IMG/VR virus record: IMGVR_UViG_3300022539_000610
Span: 1 to 64,000 of that record
Direction: 5' to 3' (one strand)
Source: a virus
DNA: 64,000 bases
The translations under genes were made by a program, and so were the position numbers. The notes beneath the pieces are model-generated. The model saw only the letters and a list, made by a program, of their open reading frames with translations, made no database searches and was not told where the DNA came from. Shown here piece by piece: positions 53,672 to 63,497 of this stretch; position 1 is the stretch's first letter; each line of letters begins with the position of its first letter.

Positions 53672-54627
53672 AACCCGAACACCTCCTTTAATCGAAGACC
53701 TACAGCCTTTAACCCATGTGTAGTTGCTGCCCAGTCTCTCGTGAGATGTTTTAATTCGATCAAGTTATTCTTAGACATAGATAATAATTTGTCCATAACT
53801 TTAACAAGCTCTTCTTCAGTATTTGCCACTTGTAAGGAGTGACCCCCATATACTTGTTTATATCGTTCCTCACCAAACTTGAAATTGGTTATCACAATAT
53901 CACCTAACGCTGCTGCTTCCAATGCAGCGATACTCCAATCATGCTTATTTACACTGATAGAGGCATTATTTAACGATTCTATGTAAATATCACATTCGTT
54001 CACCCTCTTCAGATTCTCAACCCATCCAACCCCATCTTTAGAAAACCTATATTGCACCTTATTCTTATATCTTTTCATGACCTTGTTTATTATGTATGAA
54101 CCTTTAAGCGTAAGATCTTTCCCACTGCCTCCACTCAAGTCGACCACCTCTTTCCCATGGGCATCTGGAGCACTGGGAAAGTGCCCCACTATCACTTTGC
54201 TGCCCACCGAAAAATCAGGTTCCATATCTCCTATATAAGCAGCCGGAAGCATCCATACCTCATTTCTAGCACCTAATCCAAGCATCTCTGCTGTTTGAAT
54301 AAGAGAAACGCTCATATATCTAAACGCTTTATTTGCCTTTCCAGAGTGCAAACGATACCTAGTTCCCCCATGAAACACCACTCTTTTCTTCCCTGAAAGA
54401 CTAATAGTTAATGGTATTTGCTTTGAATGCATCCACACTATCACATCAGCCCGTTCTACCATTCTCTCAAGTTCTCTACGATTTTTGTATATAATTGCCC
54501 GGCAAGAAGGACTGTACGAGGTAGGCCTTTTAGAAACTGCTTGGGCTTCTACTCCTACTTCATTTAAACACTTAGCAAAGATTGCTCCTACAGCTGCATA
54601 ATCACGAACACTTAAAAATAGCACCAT
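53668..54627 (-). CDS. glycosyltransferase (GT-B)-like
   Basis: HFPS, KGS..I, CDIYIE, ALEAAALG. Confidence 0.65.
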   Translation of the reverse strand: MVLFLSVRDYAAVGAIFAKCLNEVGVEAQAVSKRPTSYSPSCRAIIYKNRRELERMVERADVIVWMHSKQIPLTISLSGKKRVVFHGGTRYRLHSGKANKAFRYMSVSLIQTAEMLGLGARNEVWMLPAAYIGDMEPDFSVGSKVIVGHFPSAPDAHGKEVVDLSGGSGKDLTLKGSYIINKVMKRYKNKVQYRFSKDGVGWVENLKRVNECDIYIESLNNASISVNKHDWSIAALEAAALGDIVITNFKFGEERYKQVYGGHSLQVANTEEELVKVMDKLLSMSKNNLIELKHLTRDWAATTHGLKAVGLRLKEVFGL

Positions 54628-54648
54628 AGTTGATTCCCTTTAGTCTAT

Positions 54649-55806
54649 TCACACGCTTATTTTAACCTCACTTTTAACCAAATGTTCGCAAATGGCCGCT
54701 TTAACATATTCACACATTGAATTACAGCACCCACTAATTATGTAATGCTTTTTTGTAGGGACGGGCATACGTTTAAACGTCTTAGCCCACCATGAAACCT
54801 TAACCTTATGTGTTATATTTTCTGTAACGGCACCACTAACTCTGAAGAACTCCCCTGGCCGACCAGAGTGCCTCCCAAGTTTTAATAGTCCAGGATCTAT
54901 AAGTTCCATTAGTTGTACTTTAAGACGACCTTTCCCTTTTTTACTCATAACAAAATTCATCATTGTATCCATTACATCAAGTGAAGTAAACGGGACGATT
55001 ATTGCCCCAAACTCATTTTTGATGTCTAAAGAACCAGAAAAATAATTACGAAGCAAATTCCCCACACTCCAATTCCTAAGAAAAGTTTCATCAAAGCGAG
55101 TAGCAGTCACAAATTGGATGTCACTAAGTTTCAATCTCAGATTTTTAACTATATTTTCGATTGTTGCATAGATTAACATCTCACTTACAATACATCGACT
55201 CACTTCACTCCAATGTGCTCCTATGTAATCAAAATCTAATACATCAGCAAAATAATCCCTAGGCCTATCTTGCACACTTACTATACTTTTCTTAGACCAA
55301 TCCATGTAATCTGCAATTTTTAAAAACTCATCGACTTCTGGCTCGATACAAATATAGTAAATTTCTCCCTTTAAACCAAGCTTTTTTATAATACCTGAAA
55401 TAACTCTACTATCATATCCAGAACTATGAGGCATCACATGGACTTTAGAATCATCCCAATATTCCACCAAATAATTACAAATATCCTTGTAGACTCGCCC
55501 GGCCAAAGAGCCCCCGGGCTTAGGGCAGGAAGGGGATTCAAGCATAGTATAAAGCCTAGGATGTAGCTCCGGCAGTACAGCACTGATTTCATTAAACATT
55601 GTAGCTTGGGAATAAGTTTCTACAGAATTTTGATCTAAAGAGCCTTCGAGTACATTTCTTTTAGGCCACCCCGTCCAATTTCTCGAAATGTAGGTTTTAT
55701 TAATTGAGACTTCACCTATACTTTTAGCTGCTTCTTGAATCGACTTAAATACTTCCTGCCCAGCCTTGTAGTGAGCCATTGCATATGGTATCTGAGGTAA
55801 TATCAC
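54649..55806 (-). CDS. PP-loop (asparagine-synthase-like) protein
   Basis: HSSGYDSRVI motif only. Confidence 0.5.
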   Translation of the reverse strand: MILPQIPYAMAHYKAGQEVFKSIQEAAKSIGEVSINKTYISRNWTGWPKRNVLEGSLDQNSVETYSQATMFNEISAVLPELHPRLYTMLESPSCPKPGGSLAGRVYKDICNYLVEYWDDSKVHVMPHSSGYDSRVISGIIKKLGLKGEIYYICIEPEVDEFLKIADYMDWSKKSIVSVQDRPRDYFADVLDFDYIGAHWSEVSRCIVSEMLIYATIENIVKNLRLKLSDIQFVTATRFDETFLRNWSVGNLLRNYFSGSLDIKNEFGAIIVPFTSLDVMDTMMNFVMSKKGKGRLKVQLMELIDPGLLKLGRHSGRPGEFFRVSGAVTENITHKVKVSWWAKTFKRMPVPTKKHYIISGCCNSMCEYVKAAICEHLVKSEVKISV

Positions 55807-56342
55807 TTCAACTCCTTTACAACGAGTTCTCCTGCTCCCCCACTATCGTAGATATCATAGTTTAATTTTGCCTGCTGAAAAACCTCATTTGGAGAATTTC
55901 CAGTAACGTTACATCTTTTTTCTAATTGAGACTTGATTTCATCTGCATCAAGTCTCAAACCAATATCTTTAGCTGGGTTCCCTACGACAACATGAAACGG
56001 TTCTACATTCTTAACAACAACTGCTCCCATACCCACTATAGCAAAGTCCCCTATAGTCACTCCACCCTTAATCAAAGCCCACCAACCAATCCAAACATTG
56101 TCACAAATAACAATGGGCTTTGTTCTTTCATCACAAGCACTACCTATAAGTTTGCTACCATATTTAGTTTGAAGACAAACTCTATAGCTGATCCGACAAT
56201 GTTTACCAATTGTGATGTTCGCTCCAACTGCTCGAAGCCATGAATCAGGGTTTATATAAGTACCAGTTCCAACTCTCACTTTACCACCGTGACGCTCGAA
56301 AATGTACGCTTCAATTGATTTCGGGAATCTACTTTTTCCCAT
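55803..56342 (-). CDS. hexapeptide-repeat acyltransferase
   Basis: ITIGKHC.I, I.DNVWIG, GVTIGD.AIVG.GAVV, GNPAK. Confidence 0.9.
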   Translation of the reverse strand: MGKSRFPKSIEAYIFERHGGKVRVGTGTYINPDSWLRAVGANITIGKHCRISYRVCLQTKYGSKLIGSACDERTKPIVICDNVWIGWWALIKGGVTIGDFAIVGMGAVVVKNVEPFHVVVGNPAKDIGLRLDADEIKSQLEKRCNVTGNSPNEVFQQAKLNYDIYDSGGAGELVVKELK

Positions 56343-56343
56343 A

Positions 56344-57561
56344 TCAAAACCTTGCTAAATAATCGTTAGGGTTATCAGACTTTTTGCTATGCATCTTAAG
56401 TATTGATCCCCTATGATATGACTTGATACCTTTTGATCCAATCAAATCATTCTTAACACAATAATCATACATACCCGTCCCAGGGAATGGATAAAACCAT
56501 GTCACTTGCCGAATCCCTGGGGATATTATCCGATTTATCTCCACTGTAGATTTGCAAAGCTCATCGTCATTAACAAAAGGCCACCCTATCACGTTGAATG
56601 AAGTAGTTGAAATCCCCGCAGCCCTCAACAACTTGAATGCATTTATAATCTGCTCATTCGTCATACTTCGCCTAAGATGTTTCTTTCTAAAGTTTTCATC
56701 CCCACATTCTATCCCCAGCGCTACGTATCTACAATCAGTGCTCTTCATAAAGTTCACAAGATCAGCATTAATATATTCAACTCGTCCCATACAACCATAA
56801 GGCCTGCCTACTTCTTCCTTTATAGCAGAAAATAACCTTTTCACATAATCCAAATCCGTAAACATCATATCATCGCCAAAATAAAACAATTTGAATTCAA
56901 ACTTGGTTTTCAAATATTTAAGTTCTTCGATAACCTGATTGACCGGCCTACTTCTAACATAGCCACTCTTATATAGCTTCAAATACACTCCATTGCAGCA
57001 ATATGGACAGTTAAATGGACAGCCTCGGGTAGCATTTACATAGATGTACTTTCCGGCAACCTTGTAAGGAAAAATACCCCATGGAAATCTAGGAAGTGTA
57101 GATAAATCCTCTGGAGGTCTGATCGGATTTGTATACACCTTTCCATCACTACGATAAATTAAGTTAGGTACTTCAAACAAAGAATCTTTTCCATAACTTA
57201 CCAAAAACTCCTTGACGAACGATTCACCTTCTCCCACACAAACATAATCAATATATGGAAACTGCTCTAAAATTTGCAACTTCATTATTGTAGGATGAAC
57301 TCCCCCAACCAAAACAGGAATATCACAACTAGCTTTAACTCCCTTAATAATACTAATCGCCTGAGACCAAAGAGTAGTCATACTTGATACCATTAAGATG
57401 TCAAAACTCCCCCCAACAATTTTTCTGATCACCGCAGCTGGTTTAATACCTCTAGTATCGTAAAACTTTACTCTATGCTCTTTAGGGATCGAAGACACAA
57501 TATAACCCGCCCCTCTACCAATATTCTTAGCTGTACTTGTATGCACAAAAGCTATATTCAT
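56344..57561 (-). CDS. B12-binding radical SAM protein
   Basis: GGVHPT, GEGE, TRGCPFNCPYC, GIECG, PFPGT. Confidence 0.9.
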   Translation of the reverse strand: MNIAFVHTSTAKNIGRGAGYIVSSIPKEHRVKFYDTRGIKPAAVIRKIVGGSFDILMVSSMTTLWSQAISIIKGVKASCDIPVLVGGVHPTIMKLQILEQFPYIDYVCVGEGESFVKEFLVSYGKDSLFEVPNLIYRSDGKVYTNPIRPPEDLSTLPRFPWGIFPYKVAGKYIYVNATRGCPFNCPYCCNGVYLKLYKSGYVRSRPVNQVIEELKYLKTKFEFKLFYFGDDMMFTDLDYVKRLFSAIKEEVGRPYGCMGRVEYINADLVNFMKSTDCRYVALGIECGDENFRKKHLRRSMTNEQIINAFKLLRAAGISTTSFNVIGWPFVNDDELCKSTVEINRIISPGIRQVTWFYPFPGTGMYDYCVKNDLIGSKGIKSYHRGSILKMHSKKSDNPNDYLARF

Positions 57562-57562
57562 C

Positions 57563-58702
57563 TTATTCCCCTTGTTGTATCCGTAAAGTATACATTAATA
57601 AAACTATCATTAGAGAACAACCTGCCCATGCTCCGAATACTACTCCCCAACTGATGTCAATAAGTGTTGGCATGATTACCCCAGTCAACATAGCACCGAT
57701 ATACCCTACTCCATCTATAAACCCTGTTGCTGATGCTACTGTCTGTTTCTCTATATTTCTACCTGGGACTGTGGTTACTAAAAATACATGTGGCCCATAC
57801 AAAAAGAATCCACTCATTACAAGCAATGCGGTTAAAGTAATCCCTTTCGAAACCGAACATAACAGAATAATAATCGCAAGAATCACCATATAGATAGAAG
57901 TCAAAGTCTCACGGGCAAAACGATCTGAGAGCCAATTATAGACTAAAGTTCCTAAACAACCTGCTATAGGGATTAGAAAGATCTTCAACCCAACTTTATC
58001 AATCGACTGACTATGAATTTGGTATAGATATACTGGAATCCATACTATTACGCCATAACGTACAAAATTAAGGATTCCTAAAGCTACTCCTGACACAATA
58101 GTATTCCTAGTTAATGTCCCCTTTATTTGTCCTAAAGGACTACGCGATGATACGCTTATATAAGGTCTACTAATTATTAAAGTAATACCTCTTACTGCCA
58201 TTATAATAGCAGCACCCCAAAAACCCCACTCCCAACCAAAATTGTGAATTACAAAACCAGTCACAAGCCAAGCTACTGAATTGCCAACCTGGTATGATGT
58301 GCCCAAAATACAAGTGGCATTATCTGATTTATGCAGAGCAGCAGTAGCCCGTACACAAGAGGACCATCCCATTGATTGGAAAAAACCATCAAATACCTCT
58401 CCAAGAAATAGTAAAAAGAAGAACCCTCCAGCAAAACCAAGAAAAGTATTCATAACTGCTGAGAGAATTAAACCCACACCTATGTAGGTAAAAGGGTTAA
58501 ATCTTTCAGAATAATGGCCGTGAATAAATTGCCCTGCTGCGTATGCTAATAGGAATCCACTTACTACACCTCCAAGTTGTCCTTTTGTCATACCCATTGT
58601 TGCTATAAGAATTGGTATGATTAAAGATAAATTCACTTTTCCAAAATAAGACAGTGCATAAGATGTCCATAAATTTATGAACTGCTTGTTAAAAATTTTC
58701 AT
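57563..58702 (-). CDS. MFS transporter, GlpT/UhpC (organophosphate antiporter)-like
   Basis: ~12 transmembrane segments; YFGKVNLS, AYAAGQFI.G, QSMGW, FLYGP, ATGFIDG.GY.GA. Confidence 0.88.
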   Translation of the reverse strand: MKIFNKQFINLWTSYALSYFGKVNLSLIIPILIATMGMTKGQLGGVVSGFLLAYAAGQFIHGHYSERFNPFTYIGVGLILSAVMNTFLGFAGGFFFLLFLGEVFDGFFQSMGWSSCVRATAALHKSDNATCILGTSYQVGNSVAWLVTGFVIHNFGWEWGFWGAAIIMAVRGITLIISRPYISVSSRSPLGQIKGTLTRNTIVSGVALGILNFVRYGVIVWIPVYLYQIHSQSIDKVGLKIFLIPIAGCLGTLVYNWLSDRFARETLTSIYMVILAIIILLCSVSKGITLTALLVMSGFFLYGPHVFLVTTVPGRNIEKQTVASATGFIDGVGYIGAMLTGVIMPTLIDISWGVVFGAWAGCSLMIVLLMYTLRIQQGE

Positions 58703-59099
58703 GTTTAATCTCCTCTTTAATTTTGGTTGAAGATTGTCCCTGGTAGTATGGCATTACTACCATCCGTCCACCTAGGGCTTTCATTAACGATTTACCATGA
58801 GCACGAAGTTTTTCGCTGTGGCTCGTACTCTCCATTAAAATATCTGCACCTACCATCTTAATATTATCATGTGGTGCATACTTCTCCTGTGGGATAGCCA
58901 AATCAACGCACTCTAACGCACTAATCAATGCTAATCGTTCCGTAAAGGGAATAACAGGACGGGGTTTCTTTTCCATCACTGCCTCGTCCGTGAGAACCCC
59001 AACAATTAACTTATCGCCTAATGCTTTAGCATTAAGCAGATGCCTTAAATGTCCGTAGTGCAGAATATCCCCAACTATATAAGCGTAGACAATAATCAT
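58689..59099 (-). CDS. cytidylyltransferase (TagD/HxGH family)
   Basis: GDILHYGHL, LIVGVLTDE, ERL, SSTKIK. Confidence 0.9.
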   Translation of the reverse strand: MIIVYAYIVGDILHYGHLRHLLNAKALGDKLIVGVLTDEAVMEKKPRPVIPFTERLALISALECVDLAIPQEKYAPHDNIKMVGADILMESTSHSEKLRAHGKSLMKALGGRMVVMPYYQGQSSTKIKEEIKHENF

Positions 59100-59136
59100 A
59101 TCAATATGCCTCCTCTCTCTTGCCATTCCTTAATCT

Positions 59137-59925
59137 TCACTTTTTCCCTATTCCTCGTTTATGTTCTGGAAGATATTTCTTCAATGCAGCTACTCGGTCC
59201 AAAATCTCCGATGGTATATTGGCTTTCCAATCAAATGGGACATCTCTCCATTTATTGTGGCCATCTCGTATCCATCCCGTCCTTGCTAAGGTGCAGTTGT
59301 TGAAACCATCAGTATTAAATGCATGCTTCCAATTCTCATGATCAACATGCTCAACAAGCGGATGTCCTAGTACCCGAACATATGATTTTAAAAACCATTG
59401 ATCACAAACTCGTCTTCGCCCTCCACCATCTTGAACCTGCCGAGCAACACTTAATTTAACACCTCGACCAGAGCCCTTCGTCCCATTAAGAGCCATCTTT
59501 GCAATCCCGGAACCAATCTCATAAAATATAGTACGAGGCCTACATGTAAACCAATCAATCTTAGGATCTTGAAAAGCTTTGTGTTGATCCCTTAGTATAA
59601 ATGGAGATGAGTAATAATCCGCCGATTGAAACATAACTACCTTAGATTCCTCACTACAATTGTTAATCAATAAAACCATCTTGTCTGCAAGAGGAATCCA
59701 ATTCTCAACAGGTACATAGGTGATTTTAACGCAGCCCACTTGCTTTAATCGATCAGCATAATGCATAGCGGCATCTTGACCAAACATCTCAGGGTCATCC
59801 TGCTCTTCAGCACATACCAACTCCCATTCAAAATCAATCCCTTGCTGTCTACAAAGAGATTCAAGGGCTAACCAAGCAATATACTTTGCCCGAAATAATG
59901 GCATTCGAACGCTATGTTCAATCAT
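59137..59925 (-). CDS. divergent GT-A-like protein
   Basis: SV.MP.F, ESL..Q, WELVC, ADYYS. Confidence 0.55.
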   Translation of the reverse strand: MIEHSVRMPLFRAKYIAWLALESLCRQQGIDFEWELVCAEEQDDPEMFGQDAAMHYADRLKQVGCVKITYVPVENWIPLADKMVLLINNCSEESKVVMFQSADYYSSPFILRDQHKAFQDPKIDWFTCRPRTIFYEIGSGIAKMALNGTKGSGRGVKLSVARQVQDGGGRRRVCDQWFLKSYVRVLGHPLVEHVDHENWKHAFNTDGFNNCTLARTGWIRDGHNKWRDVPFDWKANIPSEILDRVAALKKYLPEHKRGIGKK

Positions 59926-59926
59926 C

Positions 59927-60958
59927 CTAAACCTTTCCTGTAATCAATTTCATAATGGTATCAAACTTCTCCGCAAAGACCTTATTGTCCCAGGCATTAA
60001 CTAAAGTAGTAAAAGCCTGATTAGTAATATGATGATATTCCTTGTAATTAGTAACTACTTCTATGAGGGTGGATTCTAAATCACCCCAATCCCACTTAAC
60101 AGGAACGTATGTCTTCCATGGTTGATAAATGTCAGGCCAAGTCTCCAGATGTGACATATCTGGTTTAACAAGAATTGCTCCTTGTGAAATTGCTTCGAAG
60201 TCACGAAAAGAAATTTCTCCTAAACCCCAAGGACTCAAACAAACCTTTGAACGTGACATCTTCTCATGGTAGTCTGAACCACGGCACTTTCCAGAGACAG
60301 TGAAATTGTTCCTTTGTACAATCTCATCTAAAATAGTCTCACAGGAGGCACGATGAAAGGCATAATGATCATCTATCTTTCCTAAGTTCTCGCGCTCAAC
60401 TTTCGTTGAGTGCTTCGTCTTAATACTAAAATGAATGTCAATGTCACGAGCCTTCTTCCGGTCAGACTTAGTTCGGATGTCAACCCCTTCTCGTTCCATC
60501 AAACCAAGATTCCACCCCAGATGAACTTTACTCAATACTTGATCATCTACATTATGATCTACTTCAGTAGTATTAGCCAACTGAGGACTCAACTTACTCA
60601 ATTGAAAATAGTGCCATCGTGACCTTGGATACTTTGTCTTATAAAGATTTCTATCGATTAGGAGTTGCTTCTTAACATAACCAATAATTTTTTCAGGGTA
60701 CTGCTTCACAAGCCGCATTTTAGCCGTTCCAGTACTGGCCGCATCGTCAAAAAAAACAATAGGTTTACCCAATTCTAAAAACCAATCAAAATCGATCTCC
60801 TTCTTAATACCAGTCATCTGAATGAAAATATAGTCAGCACTATCTGGAGTTTGTATAAACTCATATCCCAACTGCTTGAGTTCCTTAGAGGCTCGGTAAA
60901 TGGGATGTATCTGCCCTCTCGCAATCTTTCTAGAACACGCTGCAATATATATCTTCAT
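59927..60958 (-). CDS. glycosyltransferase (GT-B)-like
   Basis: SKVCLSPWG.GE...RDFEA...GAILVKPDMSHLET.P. Confidence 0.75.
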   Translation of the reverse strand: MKIYIAACSRKIARGQIHPIYRASKELKQLGYEFIQTPDSADYIFIQMTGIKKEIDFDWFLELGKPIVFFDDAASTGTAKMRLVKQYPEKIIGYVKKQLLIDRNLYKTKYPRSRWHYFQLSKLSPQLANTTEVDHNVDDQVLSKVHLGWNLGLMEREGVDIRTKSDRKKARDIDIHFSIKTKHSTKVERENLGKIDDHYAFHRASCETILDEIVQRNNFTVSGKCRGSDYHEKMSRSKVCLSPWGLGEISFRDFEAISQGAILVKPDMSHLETWPDIYQPWKTYVPVKWDWGDLESTLIEVVTNYKEYHHITNQAFTTLVNAWDNKVFAEKFDTIMKLITGKV

Positions 60959-61605
60959 CTTTTCACCATAAATCCAAAGTTAGAAACCTTAAGCCAAACA
61001 GCAAACTCTGATTTCTCAAAATCTGTCAGCCCCTTGTCATCCATTCTATACTTAGATGCAACAAAGTCTAAGAAGGAAGTATTATAATCCACATCATGCG
61101 AACACAGCACCCCACCTTTATTAAGTTTAGACCAAAATGTTTCAAACTCCCACAACTGATGGCCGCGTCTATGTGTCGAATCATGTAAGAAAAGATCAAG
61201 TTTTAGTCTCTTAAACTCATCAGACTCAATATAGTCCTGTATCGATATGTGCATTTGACGACACCATTTCCTGAGATGCTTTGGAATTAAATCCCCTGTT
61301 TTCTTATTGTCACGCTCAATTGTAATTAATAATGGTGGAGCATTATCATTAGCTTGGACATTCTTTGATAATGCCTCTAAAATGAAACTAGAGGATTTCC
61401 CCAGCCCGGTACCAGTTTCTAAGCAAACTTGAGGCTTGAAGAATCTCACTACAGCATAAAGCATAAAGCAATCATCACTCCCCATCAAACCTTTGGGATC
61501 TTCTATCCTTGTTGAAAGATCTTGAAAAAACCCACTCCCTTTTACTTCCTGCATATAATCATAAAGTTCTTGCCACTTTATCCTAATTCTGCCTAACGCA
61601 CCCAT
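60955..61605 (-). CDS. class I SAM-dependent methyltransferase (Methyltransf_24-like)
   Basis: LETGT..G.SS, DLFLHDSTH, GGVLCSHD. Confidence 0.88.
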   Translation of the reverse strand: MGALGRIRIKWQELYDYMQEVKGSGFFQDLSTRIEDPKGLMGSDDCFMLYAVVRFFKPQVCLETGTGLGKSSSFILEALSKNVQANDNAPPLLITIERDNKKTGDLIPKHLRKWCRQMHISIQDYIESDEFKRLKLDLFLHDSTHRRGHQLWEFETFWSKLNKGGVLCSHDVDYNTSFLDFVASKYRMDDKGLTDFEKSEFAVWLKVSNFGFMVKR

Positions 61606-62485
61606 TTGCCCTTCCCCCTTGTGTTAGATAGACAGTAAACAAAACATGTAACTCCGCACTATGAAAAGTATAAGAATCAAGGAAATCTTTCAACTCATTA
61701 AGAATAACAGAGATTTCAAGTTGAGTCAGTTTCTTTTTCCATAAATTTACAGATTCAACATATATACCTTCTTTAGATTCTAATTCTTGATATGAAGTAT
61801 AAGGACTACTGATCTCCTCCAACATTCCAGAAACTACTTCCTTACTACTATCAACCTTCAACTTCCTGAGAATAACCTTTAAGGTCGCCATAGGATGGGT
61901 AACAAGCTCTTCATAAGAGACGATACCTACTGTACTATCTGCAGAGCTTTCTACATCTATTATTTGTAAGGATTGAAAGAATCGACGAAGCAGTTGACTA
62001 ACATAAGCGGCTGTCTTCTCTAACTGTTGTAACCTAATATTTTCCTCTATACTTACCCATGCATCTCCCACATTACTCCAGTATTTTCTAGAAGCACATA
62101 CAGCAAAAGGATTCCTCATCATATAAATAAATCTACCACTTAACTCCTGATCATCGTAAGGAAAAGCCAATTTGTATAATTTAAGATCATGTTCACCTTT
62201 AGGAGTCTTATGAAGTCTAACAACGCACTCACTATCTTCAAAATGGGAAAGAATAGCCTGTCTGACAACCATAGAATTGGAACAATCCTTATGTCCAATC
62301 TTTTCCCAGAAGCTATCTACCTTCCACTCCATAAATTTTTTGATTTGCTTTATATCATACTTTCCATGAATAATACGCATAAGATCAAAATCATTAGGGG
62401 TAACATCTATCTCCGGATGAGCTCCGAGTAACCTCTGAAGTAGAGTTGTACCTGTTCTCTGTTCACCAAAAATAAAAACGTTCAT
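61583..62485 (-). CDS. sulfotransferase family protein
   Basis: FIFG.QRTGTTLL, KTP, RNP..VCAS, SYEELV. Confidence 0.88.
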   Translation of the reverse strand: MNVFIFGEQRTGTTLLQRLLGAHPEIDVTPNDFDLMRIIHGKYDIKQIKKFMEWKVDSFWEKIGHKDCSNSMVVRQAILSHFEDSECVVRLHKTPKGEHDLKLYKLAFPYDDQELSGRFIYMMRNPFAVCASRKYWSNVGDAWVSIEENIRLQQLEKTAAYVSQLLRRFFQSLQIIDVESSADSTVGIVSYEELVTHPMATLKVILRKLKVDSSKEVVSGMLEEISSPYTSYQELESKEGIYVESVNLWKKKLTQLEISVILNELKDFLDSYTFHSAELHVLFTVYLTQGGRANGCVRQN

Positions 62486-63453
62486 ATCACACCCTCGATC
62501 CACTTATACCAGTAAGGAACTACATTATCCCATGAGAAGTCTTCCACTATTTCTCTACATCTTCGTTTCATCTTTAAAAGGAGATCAGGATGTCTATTTA
62601 AAAAGTCGATAGCATCTACCAACGCAGGCACTGTCCGGTCAATAATGAGTCCGTTGTAATTGTGTACAACAAGCTCATTGATGGCTCCGCAATCTGTACT
62701 CACAATAGCACATCCACTCGCCATTGCTTCAAGTACAGAACGACAGCTTCCTTCTTCACGCGAAAGGCACAAATATGAGTCAATTCCTTTATAGAACTCA
62801 GGCATCTGTTCATAATGTCTATACGTTCTGCCCCTTGTTCCTGTTTTTCTTTCTAATCTGAAATCACACAAAGCTTGCACCAAAGTGACTTTGTTTACCC
62901 TTTTCAATGCCTGTTCAATAATACTCCTATTTCCCTTCTTCTGATCAGTATCTCTTCCAGCATATCCACAGACCAACGCTCCATCAGTAATTTGTGCATA
63001 GTTAGGAGTGAATAAATCAATAGGTACAGCATTAGGTGTATAAGCAACATGGCTAAGCCCACATGCTCGAAATAGGAGCTGAAGGCGATAAGAGACAGCA
63101 CTCACACCTCTAAACTGTTTTAGGTAGGTAATTGTTTCTTTATTAGGCTTGACTTGATTGGTGGGGGTTGTTTCTAAGTTATCCCAACTTTCATGGCTGG
63201 CGATGGAGACAAGTGTTTTGGCAGGATCTACACCATAACGTTTATGGCAATGGTTGAAGGTTTGAAAACCAAGGAAAAGATACAGATCACACTGTTCAAA
63301 CAAAGGAGCAACCTGTTTAGGGTCCTCTTTTCCTCCTATAATCTCAAAGGAAAGGAGTCTCCCTTTATACTTGTTTGCTATTTGGGTTGCTTTCGTTTCA
63401 TATGCCCATCCCCTCCTATCAAGGACAAGAAGGACTTTCACAGGAGTATTCAA
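62482..63453 (-). CDS. glycosyltransferase family 4
   Basis: PNAV, KKG, S..EG....LEAMASG..IVSTDCG. Confidence 0.9.
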   Translation of the reverse strand: MNTPVKVLLVLDRRGWAYETKATQIANKYKGRLLSFEIIGGKEDPKQVAPLFEQCDLYLFLGFQTFNHCHKRYGVDPAKTLVSIASHESWDNLETTPTNQVKPNKETITYLKQFRGVSAVSYRLQLLFRACGLSHVAYTPNAVPIDLFTPNYAQITDGALVCGYAGRDTDQKKGNRSIIEQALKRVNKVTLVQALCDFRLERKTGTRGRTYRHYEQMPEFYKGIDSYLCLSREEGSCRSVLEAMASGCAIVSTDCGAINELVVHNYNGLIIDRTVPALVDAIDFLNRHPDLLLKMKRRCREIVEDFSWDNVVPYWYKWIEGVI

Positions 63454-63497
63454 TCGTTTAAACCTCTTTTAGTTTTATCATTCAACTAAATACATGG

